Shown one piece after another: positions 40,317-48,668 of a DNA stretch of 64,000 nt; within the stretch, counting starts at the first letter, position 1, and each line of letters starts with the position of its first letter. The notes below the pieces were generated by a model. That model was not told where the DNA came from and did no database searches. It worked only from the letters and a program-made list of their open reading frames with translations. Source of the stretch: Bacilli bacterium (GTDB taxonomy: Bacteria; Bacillota_I; Bacilli_A; RF39; UBA660); the NCBI GenBank assembly GCA_017432825.1, contig JAFRIJ010000011.1, positions 34,591-98,590 of the forward strand, written 5' to 3'. A program made the position numbers and the translations under genes.

Positions 40317-40943
40317 TTATAACAATTTATTTATTTGTTCTTTATAATTATCACTTTTCGTTATGTATGATCCTACTACAGAAATATTTGCTTCTTTTAT
40401 TTTTTGTATTATTTCGTTATTTATTCCGCCATCTACTTCTATTTGAACTTTATATTTATTATTATCAATTATTTTTCTTAGTTCTTTTACTTTGTCTATT
40501 GTGTTTTCAATAAACTGTTGTCCTCCTTTACCTGGTTCTACACTCATTACTAGTATTAAATCTATTTTATCTAAGTATGGTGTTAATACATTAATATTTG
40601 TATCTGGTTTTATAGCAACTCCAACTTTATATCCTATTTCTTTTATTTTATTTATTATTTCATTTATATTTTTTTCCACTTCTATGTGAAAAGTTATATA
40701 TTTTATATTTAAGTTCTCACATTTATTTATATATGCAAGTGGGTTTTCCACCATTAAGTGGATATCTAATTTTTTCTTGGAAATACTATTTATTTTTTTT
40801 ATTTCATCAATTGTGAATTGGGTGTCTTCAACGAATAATCCATCCATTACATCAATATGGATATATTTAGTTTTAGTGAAATTTAATTTTTTAATTGATT
40901 CTTCTCTATTATTTGAGTTTAATATGGATGTTGATATTTGCAT
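40317..40943 (-). CDS. rpe: Ribulose-phosphate 3-epimerase
   Basis: ...IHIDVMDGLFV...LDIHLMVENP... is TIM-barrel RPE. The gene holds the conserved position after rsgA. Confidence 0.85.
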   Translation of the reverse strand: MQISTSILNSNNREESIKKLNFTKTKYIHIDVMDGLFVEDTQFTIDEIKKINSISKKKLDIHLMVENPLAYINKCENLNIKYITFHIEVEKNINEIINKIKEIGYKVGVAIKPDTNINVLTPYLDKIDLILVMSVEPGKGGQQFIENTIDKVKELRKIIDNNKYKVQIEVDGGINNEIIQKIKEANISVVGSYITKSDNYKEQINKLL

Positions 40944-40977
40944 ATTACCAGCTCCTTATTTATTAAAAGATATAAGA

Positions 40978-41823
40978 TTATCTTATATCTTTTATGCTAT
41001 TTATGAATTGTTTGTAGTTTTCATATCTAGATTTTAATATATTACCATTTTCTACTTGTTCTTTTACATAGCAGTTATCTTCTTTTATGTGCATGCAATC
41101 TTTATATTTACAATGATGTGAATTATCAAATATATCTTTCATATTATGACTTATATCTGTTTTAGTCATATCAGTAAAATCTACTTGTGAAAATCCTGGT
41201 GTATCTACAATATAACCATCTAATAATTCATACAATTCTGTATGTCTTGTTGTATGTTTTCCTCTATTTAGGGCATATGATATATCGTTTGTTTTTAAAT
41301 TTAAGCTTGGATTTAATTTATTTAATAAACTACTCTTTCCTGCTCCTGACTGTCCTGCTAAGACAGTTACTTTGTTTTTAAATATATTTATAAGATTATC
41401 TTTATTTTCATTGGTTACTACTTTGTATCCTGTTTTTTTATAATAATCTATATATTTATCTATTTCTTTTCTTTCTTCTCCTTTTAATAAATCTAATTTA
41501 GTAAAACAAATTATTGGTTCTATATTATTATAACTTATTATTGTTAGTAATTTATCTAGTAAATAAGTATCTAAGTTAGGATTTTTTACACTTGTTACAA
41601 TAAGAGCATTATCTATATTAGATACGTTAGGTCTAATAAGATAATTTTTTCTAGGATATATTTTTAATATATAATTATTATCTTCATCAAATAATACATT
41701 ATCTCCTACTAATGGTGTTGTTTTATCCTTTCTAAATTTACCTCTTGGTTTGCATATATATTCTTTATTATTACTTTTTACTACATAGTCATTACTTATA
41801 TTTTTTATTATTTTTCCTTCCAT
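40978..41823 (-). CDS. rsgA: Ribosome small-subunit-dependent GTPase A
   Basis: Circularly permuted GTPase (VLAGQSGAGKSSLLN) with a C-terminal zinc-finger CKYKDCMHIKEDNC. Confidence 0.85.
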   Translation of the reverse strand: MEGKIIKNISNDYVVKSNNKEYICKPRGKFRKDKTTPLVGDNVLFDEDNNYILKIYPRKNYLIRPNVSNIDNALIVTSVKNPNLDTYLLDKLLTIISYNNIEPIICFTKLDLLKGEERKEIDKYIDYYKKTGYKVVTNENKDNLINIFKNKVTVLAGQSGAGKSSLLNKLNPSLNLKTNDISYALNRGKHTTRHTELYELLDGYIVDTPGFSQVDFTDMTKTDISHNMKDIFDNSHHCKYKDCMHIKEDNCYVKEQVENGNILKSRYENYKQFINSIKDIR

Positions 41824-41838
41824 ATTCCCCCCATGATA

Positions 41839-43803
41839 TTATCCATCTCCTTCAGGTTCATTTTCAGAATCTTTTGTGTAATAACAATTAACTGTATCAT
41901 CATCATTGTTTATTTTATAATCAACTGTTGGTGTTTTGGTTGTATATCCTGTTTTACCTTTACATTCAATTTTTCCTGTTGAACCATTTGATAGATTTTT
42001 CTTTAAAGGTTCAGTATCCATTATTGAATTTGTTGTTCCATCAATATAGTAATTAACTATTACGTTATAAGTTGTTGTATCAGCTTCTATTGATACTGAG
42101 AAAGATACTCCTGTTGATATTTTTCCTTTTCTATTTTGAGATGTTACTTTTTTACTTAGATATTGACTATAATCAGAAATGGTTTTTCCTTTTGAGTCTT
42201 TTACTACTAATGTTAAATTATAATCTTTAGAAAATTCTTCAACCTTTTCTAGTGTCCAATTTTCATCAACCATATCAGGATATTCTTCTAATATATCTGG
42301 TGTATATAGTATTACTGTATCATCTTTAGTTAATTCTTTCTTTGTATCTGGATCATATTCTGGATATTGATCAATTATTGTATTATTCTTTCCTACATAT
42401 TCACTTGGTTTTTCTACTTCTTTTTTCTCTTTTTTTACTATAACACCTAATTTATTTAGTTTTTCTTCTACTTCATTTATATTTTCTCCAGAATAATCTT
42501 CTAATTCAGATTTTAAAGGGCCAGATGATTCTATTATTTTTATAATACTTCCTTTTTTCTTGCTAGATCCTGCTTTGGGATTTGTTTTAATTACGTATCC
42601 TTCTTCTATTTCGTCACTTTCTTCTGTTTCTATTTCGTATTTAAAGCCTTTTTCTTTTAATTTTTTCTGAGCATTTTTAGTTTTCATATTTGTTACATCT
42701 GGTACATCTGCTATAGAAGAGTTATTTCTATGATTTATTATTGCAATTACTCCGATTAAAGCTATAAATAAGATTAAAACTATTAATATAATTATATTTC
42801 TTTTTTTATCATCACTTATTTTTTCGTTTTCTTCTAGCTCTTCTTCTTTTTCTTTATCTGGTAATGCTATATTATTAGAAATTGGTTTTTCTATATCTGT
42901 ATCTTTAATTGGTATTGCTTTACTTTCATCTATTTCACTTTCTGGATATTTATAATTGTATTTATTTTCATTGGCTCTATCTTCATCTAGGGCATGTACT
43001 AAATCTTCATGCATTTCTTCTATTGTTTCATATCTATTTTTAGGATTTTTTGCTGTTGCTTTTAATATAATATTTTCTATACTTTGTGGTATTAATGGAT
43101 TTTGTTTTCTAATACTTGGAAGTTTTTCTTTCATTTGTTTTAAGGCAATTTCTACAGCGTTATCTCCTTTAAATGGAAGATTTCCTGTAATTAATTCATA
43201 CATTAGTATACCTGATGAATAAATATCGCTTTTGGTTGTTGCTGTTTGACCTGCTGCTTGTTCTGGTGGCAAGTAGTGAACCGAACCCATTACAGAGTTT
43301 GTTTGAGTTAATTGAGTTGCATTTAGAGTCATTGCTATTCCAAAGTCAGTTATTTTTATCATTCCATTATCTAGAATCATTATATTTTGTGGTTTTATAT
43401 CTCTATGGATTATGTATGCTTTATGTGCTGCTGATAATCCATCTGTTAGTTGTGTCATTATATCTAAGACTTCTGGTATTGTTAATGCTCCTCTTTTTTG
43501 AATTAACTGTTTTAAAGTTCTTCCTTCAATATATTCCATTACAATATAATGTTGTCCTTCTTCTTCTCCTACATCATATACTTCAACTATATTAGGGTGT
43601 GATAAATCAGATACTGATCTTGCTTCTCTTTGAAATCTTCTAATAAACTTTTCATCGTTTTCTAAATCGCCTCTTAATACTTTTATGGCTACATTTCTTT
43701 CTAGTATTGTGTCTTTAGCTAAATATACGTTAGCCATTCCACCTTCGCCAATTGATTTAATGATTTCATATCTATCATTAATTTTTTGCCCCTTTGATAG
43801 CAT
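41839..43803 (-). CDS. prkC: Ser/Thr protein kinase PrkC-like: kinase domain, TM, and extracellular PASTA repeats
   Basis: Hanks kinase motifs (HRDIKPQNIMI, DFG, APE); one TM; at least two PASTA-like repeats (...DVPDVTNMKTKNAQKKLKEKGFKYEI...). Confidence 0.9.
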   Translation of the reverse strand: MLSKGQKINDRYEIIKSIGEGGMANVYLAKDTILERNVAIKVLRGDLENDEKFIRRFQREARSVSDLSHPNIVEVYDVGEEEGQHYIVMEYIEGRTLKQLIQKRGALTIPEVLDIMTQLTDGLSAAHKAYIIHRDIKPQNIMILDNGMIKITDFGIAMTLNATQLTQTNSVMGSVHYLPPEQAAGQTATTKSDIYSSGILMYELITGNLPFKGDNAVEIALKQMKEKLPSIRKQNPLIPQSIENIILKATAKNPKNRYETIEEMHEDLVHALDEDRANENKYNYKYPESEIDESKAIPIKDTDIEKPISNNIALPDKEKEEELEENEKISDDKKRNIIILIVLILFIALIGVIAIINHRNNSSIADVPDVTNMKTKNAQKKLKEKGFKYEIETEESDEIEEGYVIKTNPKAGSSKKKGSIIKIIESSGPLKSELEDYSGENINEVEEKLNKLGVIVKKEKKEVEKPSEYVGKNNTIIDQYPEYDPDTKKELTKDDTVILYTPDILEEYPDMVDENWTLEKVEEFSKDYNLTLVVKDSKGKTISDYSQYLSKKVTSQNRKGKISTGVSFSVSIEADTTTYNVIVNYYIDGTTNSIMDTEPLKKNLSNGSTGKIECKGKTGYTTKTPTVDYKINNDDDTVNCYYTKDSENEPEGDG

Positions 43804-44543
43804 TAATCATCACCACTTTCTTTTTTTAGATAAGCTACACTTATATTATCGTTTCCCCCTCTTGCATTTGCTTTTTTTATTAATTTTTCTAATGCTTCTT
43901 TTGGTGTAGGCTCTGTATTTAGTACTTTTTCTATTTGATCTTGTGTAAGCATATTTGTTAATCCATCACTACACAAGAGAATTCCATTTATATTTATATC
44001 TACATCAAATATATCTATATCTATTGGGTTGTTTGCTCCTAAAGCTCTCATTAATACATTTTTTCTTGGATGATATTTTGCTTCTTCTTCTGTTAGTTCT
44101 CCAGTCGATACTAATAAATTTACTAACGTGTGATCTTTAGTTACTTTGTGCATTTTTTTATTTTTAATTACATATCCTGAACTGTCTCCTATATTTCCAT
44201 ATAATAAATAGTCATTTGTAATTATTGCGCAGACAAATGTTGTTCCCATTCCTTTACTATCAGGATTTTCTTTGGTGTAATCAAATATTTTATTATTCAT
44301 TTCTGTTACTATATTTCTTAACCATTCTATGGCATTTTCTTTTGTTCCTATTGTGTCTAATCTATAGAATTCTTCCGTTAGATGATTAATTACTATAGCG
44401 CTTGCTACTTCTCCTGCTTTATGTCCTCCCATGCCATCTGCAACTGCAAGAATGTATTCATTATTTTCATTATTCAATATTATTACGTTGTCTTCATTGT
44501 GATCTCTTACTTTTCCGGGATCTGTTATATAATATGTTTGCAT
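43803..44543 (-). CDS. stp: PP2C-family Ser/Thr phosphatase (Stp/PrpC)
   Basis: DGMGGH and the other PP2C metal-binding motifs. It overlaps prkC by 1 nt. Confidence 0.85.
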   Translation of the reverse strand: MQTYYITDPGKVRDHNEDNVIILNNENNEYILAVADGMGGHKAGEVASAIVINHLTEEFYRLDTIGTKENAIEWLRNIVTEMNNKIFDYTKENPDSKGMGTTFVCAIITNDYLLYGNIGDSSGYVIKNKKMHKVTKDHTLVNLLVSTGELTEEEAKYHPRKNVLMRALGANNPIDIDIFDVDININGILLCSDGLTNMLTQDQIEKVLNTEPTPKEALEKLIKKANARGGNDNISVAYLKKESGDD

Positions 44544-44544
44544 T

Positions 44545-45570
44545 TTACCCTCCTATCATTTGGTTGGCTCTTAATTGTCCGCATGCTGCATCTACTTTGC
44601 TACCAAATTCTTTTCTTATTGTTACATTTACTTTATTTTTCTTTAATACATCATAAAAACTCATTATATCCTTATTGTTTGTTCTTCTAAATTCTATATT
44701 TTCTGTCTCATTATATGGTATTAAATTTACATAACAATTTATACCTTTTAATAATTTAGCTAATTCTTGAGCATTCTCTTTAGAGTCATTTATGTCTTTT
44801 AACATTATATATTCAAATGTAACTCTTCTATTTGTTTTTTCTATGTATTTTTTTATTGTATCCATTAAATCATTTAATTTATATACTTTTGCTATAGGCA
44901 TTATTTTTTCTCTTAACTTATCGTTCGGAGCATGTAAACTTATAGCAAGATTTACTTGTCCCGGTTCATTTATGAATTTTTCTATACCAGGTATTATTCC
45001 ACAGGTTGAAATAGTTATGTGTCTTGAACCTATATCTATTCCTTTAGGATTATTTACAATCTTAATGAAATTCATAACGTTATCATAGTTATCAAATGGT
45101 TCTCCTATTCCCATAATGACAATATGTGTAATTCTTTTTTTTATATCTTCTTCTATATATAAAATTTGTTCCACCATTTCATATGGTTCTAGATTTCTTA
45201 CTTTTTTTAATCTTCCACTTTCACAGAATTTACATCCCATATTGCAGCCTACCTGAGATGAGATACAAATACTTATTCCATAATCATGAATCATTAATAC
45301 TGATTCTATTCTTTGTCCATCTATTAATTCAAATAAATATTTTTTTACATTAACATCTTCTTGTTTTAATATTAGTTTAATTTTGAACATACTAAAATCA
45401 TTTTTTAATAATTCTATTGTTTTTTTTCCTATATTTATCATTTCATCAAACGATTTTACTCTTTTTTTATATAAAAACTCATATATTTGATCTGCTCTAT
45501 ATTTTTTATCATTATTCTCTAACAAGTAATTTCCTAAATCACCTTGTGTAAAATTATATATATTTTTCAC
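44545..45570 (-). CDS. rlmN: 23S rRNA (adenine2503-C2)-methyltransferase, radical SAM
   Basis: CNMGCKFCESG radical-SAM cysteine triad with full-length RlmN similarity. Confidence 0.9.
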   Translation of the reverse strand: MKNIYNFTQGDLGNYLLENNDKKYRADQIYEFLYKKRVKSFDEMINIGKKTIELLKNDFSMFKIKLILKQEDVNVKKYLFELIDGQRIESVLMIHDYGISICISSQVGCNMGCKFCESGRLKKVRNLEPYEMVEQILYIEEDIKKRITHIVIMGIGEPFDNYDNVMNFIKIVNNPKGIDIGSRHITISTCGIIPGIEKFINEPGQVNLAISLHAPNDKLREKIMPIAKVYKLNDLMDTIKKYIEKTNRRVTFEYIMLKDINDSKENAQELAKLLKGINCYVNLIPYNETENIEFRRTNNKDIMSFYDVLKKNKVNVTIRKEFGSKVDAACGQLRANQMIGG

Positions 45571-45586
45571 TTTTTGCTCCTTATAA

Positions 45587-46042
45587 TTAGTATATTTTCT
45601 TAGTAAATATATAGAATAGAGCTATATTTAAAATTATATAAAAAATAATAATTGAAATTGTTAATTTTTTGGTGTTTTTGATTTTTAGTAAGTATTTGTT
45701 GTATAGTAGTGTATATATTGTGAAGAAGAAAGTAATTATTAATGTGATATAGTTTCTTCCAAAGAAAAGATTTTTTGTTTTACTAATTAGTACTTTTTCT
45801 TTTCCTGGTAGTGATATATAGTTTACATAATTGTGTCTTGCAAAATATATTATCATTACTATATCAATTAACAATATTAAAATATAAGATAAAATTGTTT
45901 GCTTTTTCGTTATTTCTTTTTTATTTTTTTTTACGTTAGTAATATTATTATTTTTCTTATTCATATTATCACTACTTTCTATTTTATTATATCTTTTTTT
46001 TGTATTTATTTCAACTATTTTGCAAGAAAAAAGCAGTTTCAT
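45587..46042 (-). CDS. Small membrane protein (hypothetical; basic N-terminus plus 3 TM helices)
   Basis: ORF with hydrophobic helices only. Confidence 0.4.
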   Translation of the reverse strand: MKLLFSCKIVEINTKKRYNKIESSDNMNKKNNNITNVKKNKKEITKKQTILSYILILLIDIVMIIYFARHNYVNYISLPGKEKVLISKTKNLFFGRNYITLIITFFFTIYTLLYNKYLLKIKNTKKLTISIIIFYIILNIALFYIFTKKIY

Positions 46043-46062
46043 TACTGAAGCTACTCATATAA

Positions 46063-46611
46063 TTATAATTTTACCTTTATATTTTCTTTTTTATTTTCTT
46101 CTACTTTAAATAATTCAGCTTTCTTAAATCCAAATATCGCTGCTACTATATTACTTGGAACAGATTCAATTACAATATTATAATTTGTTACAACATCATT
46201 ATATTTATGTCTTGCTCTTTCTAATTCATTTTCAATTGTAGTTAATTCATCATGTAATTTTAAATATTGTGTATTTGCTTTCAAATCAGGATATGCCTCT
46301 ACTACTGCTAAATATTTATTTAGTTCATTATTCATTTTTTCTAATTTCTTTATATTAATATTATCTTCTTTTTTATAATCATTTCTTAAAGATACAATAT
46401 TTTCTAGTGTTTCTTTTTCATATTTTGAATATGATTTAATACATTCTACTAGGTTAGGAATTAAATCAAATCTTTTATTAGAATATATATCAATACTAGA
46501 TTTTTCTTTTTTTGTTTCATTATATAATTTTACCAAGCTATTATATTTAGCAAATATGTTTAAGTTAATAATTAGCACTATTATTAATACTATATAAATT
46601 AATATATTCAT
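46063..46611 (-). CDS. lemA: LemA-family protein
   Basis: An N-terminal TM followed by ...KYNSLVKLYNETKKEKSSIDIYSNKRFDLIPNLVE..., which matches the LemA consensus. Confidence 0.8.
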   Translation of the reverse strand: MNILIYIVLIIVLIINLNIFAKYNSLVKLYNETKKEKSSIDIYSNKRFDLIPNLVECIKSYSKYEKETLENIVSLRNDYKKEDNINIKKLEKMNNELNKYLAVVEAYPDLKANTQYLKLHDELTTIENELERARHKYNDVVTNYNIVIESVPSNIVAAIFGFKKAELFKVEENKKENIKVKL

Positions 46612-46620
46612 AATCCACCT

Positions 46621-47115
46621 CTAATACTCTATCGTTATTTTATTAATGTAACCTTCTTCATTATAATCAACTGATACTTCATATTTATGCCATTCTTCAA
46701 AACTCTTTTTTAAGTTTTTTATTTCTTCTGGATCAGTTGTATTTATATTTCCATATATTACATTTATTAATCTTTCTTTCTTTTGTTTATTGTTTTTTAT
46801 TACATCATCTAATAGAAATGAAATACTAGCTTCATATTGACTTCCCGCACGAAATTCAAATGTTCTATTGAAATTCTCTTTGTCGTATTCTTTTTGTCGT
46901 TTTTCTGCTTCTTCTTTTATCTTGTTTATTGAATCTTCAACATCCTTACTATTTTTATTTATATTTTCTTTTACTTCATTCATGTTTTTTCTTTGATTAT
47001 CTATTATTTTTTTAAAACCTAGTATTCCTTTATATGCTAGAAATGTTGCTATTGCAATTGTAATTATAATTAATATTATTAATAACCACTTTCTTGGTTT
47101 AGTTTCTTTTTCCAT
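46621..47115 (-). CDS. Single-TM hypothetical protein with a coiled-coil segment
   Basis: ORF plus one TM helix; no recognisable family. Confidence 0.4.
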   Translation of the reverse strand: MEKETKPRKWLLIILIIITIAIATFLAYKGILGFKKIIDNQRKNMNEVKENINKNSKDVEDSINKIKEEAEKRQKEYDKENFNRTFEFRAGSQYEASISFLLDDVIKNNKQKKERLINVIYGNINTTDPEEIKNLKKSFEEWHKYEVSVDYNEEGYINKITIEY

Positions 47116-47116
47116 A

Positions 47117-48112
47117 TTATACTCCTTTATTAGCTTGTATTATTGTTATTAGTATTGTACCAACTATATCTTCAATACTGCTTCCTCTTGATAAGTCATT
47201 TACTGGTTTAGACATTCCTTGCGTTATTGGTCCAAAAGCTTTGGCTTTGGCTAATCTTTCTACTAGTTTGTATCCAATATTACCTGAATCTAAATCAGGA
47301 AAAATTAATACATTGGCTTTACCTGCTACTTTTGAATCCGGTGATTTTATTTTTGCTATTTCCTTTACAATTGCTGCATCTAATTGTAATTCGCCATCTA
47401 TAATGTATTCTTTATATTGTTCATTTGCTATTTTGTTTGCCTCTATGACCTTATCGACATCTACGTGTTTTGCGCTTCCTTTGGTTGAATGAGAAAGCAT
47501 TGCTACTAATGGTTCTTTACCTATTAATAATCTAAATGAATCTGCACTTTCTTTTGCTATACAAGCTAATTCTTTTGAAGTAGGATTTTGTACTAATCCG
47601 CAGTCAGCAAATACAAATGTTCCATTTTCGCCATATTCACAATTAGGAATGCTCATTAAAAAGAAAGATGATACTAATTCTGTATTGGGAGCTGTTTTTA
47701 ATATTTGTAATGCAGGTCTTAATGTATTTGATGTTGAGTGACATGCTCCAGATACTGCTCCATCCGCATAATTATCTTTTACTAGCATGCATGCATAATA
47801 CATATTATCATTTAGTAATAATTCTTTTGCTTCTTCTTTAGTCATTCCTTTTTCTTTTCTTAATTGATAAAGCTCTTCTATAAATTTTTCTGTTAAATTA
47901 CTATTATGGGGATCTATTATTTTTGCTAATGAAATATCAATATTCTTACTTTCTATTTCTTCTTTATTACCAATCAATATTATATTTGCAATATTTTCTT
48001 TTAAAATAATTTCTGCTGCTTTTAATACTCTTTCTTCTGTTGATTCTGGTAATACTATTGTTTTTTTATTATCTTTTGCTTTTATTTTTAAGTTTTCTAT
48101 TACATTATTCAT
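47117..48112 (-). CDS. pta: Phosphate acetyltransferase
   Basis: A 331-aa PTA_PTB-family protein (...GAVSGACHSTSNTLRPALQI...). No ackA gene is adjacent. Confidence 0.85.
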   Translation of the reverse strand: MNNVIENLKIKAKDNKKTIVLPESTEERVLKAAEIILKENIANIILIGNKEEIESKNIDISLAKIIDPHNSNLTEKFIEELYQLRKEKGMTKEEAKELLLNDNMYYACMLVKDNYADGAVSGACHSTSNTLRPALQILKTAPNTELVSSFFLMSIPNCEYGENGTFVFADCGLVQNPTSKELACIAKESADSFRLLIGKEPLVAMLSHSTKGSAKHVDVDKVIEANKIANEQYKEYIIDGELQLDAAIVKEIAKIKSPDSKVAGKANVLIFPDLDSGNIGYKLVERLAKAKAFGPITQGMSKPVNDLSRGSSIEDIVGTILITIIQANKGV

Positions 48113-48167
48113 ATCACCATCTCCAGCTTTATTATAACAATTATTTTTTTGATAGTCTATTCTTTTT

Positions 48168-48668
48168 TTAAATTAAAATTGATTCAATTATTAATTGCTT
48201 TGTTTTATTGGTTTTACTACAGGTTATTAATATTAATTTATCTGATTTGTTATTATCTATTGTCATATATCCTGTTTTATTAATATAATATATTTTATTT
48301 ATTTTATAAGTATATATTGTACTATTATAATAAATGTATATTAAATCATTTATTGACAGATATACTAATTTATTAAAATAGGCATTATTGTTATTTCCCG
48401 AATGAGATGCTAGGATAATAAATTTATTATTTATATTCGATTCTTTTAATAGTTCTATATTTATTTCCACATTATTCTTAGGACTATTTATGTTGTATAT
48501 TTTTTTATCTATATTAATTTTAGGAATAATTAATTTAAATAGATAATCTTCTTTTGGTAGCGTTTTATTTACTAATTTTTTGTTATAAACTATTTTGTTT
48601 TTTATTTTGCTTTCTTTTGGAATTGGTAATAGTAATACTACTATTAATATAATTATTAGCTTTTTTAT
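48168..48668 (-). CDS. Small sortase-like transpeptidase. The ORF-track version (48168..48470, GTG start) holds only the C-terminal half. The in-frame upstream extension encodes the membrane anchor but has no ATG, GTG or TTG start; an ATA at about 48667-48669 follows an aggag RBS.
   Basis: Conserved His context ILASHSG and the TLxTC-like active site LILITC. The upstream in-frame extension reads KKLIIILIVVLLLPIPKES...KLIIPKINIDKKIYNINS.... No Arg follows the Cys, only Lys residues. Confidence 0.5.
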   Translation of the reverse strand: MKKLIIILIVVLLLPIPKESKIKNKIVYNKKLVNKTLPKEDYLFKLIIPKINIDKKIYNINSPKNNVEINIELLKESNINNKFIILASHSGNNNNAYFNKLVYLSINDLIYIYYNSTIYTYKINKIYYINKTGYMTIDNNKSDKLILITCSKTNKTKQLIIESILI

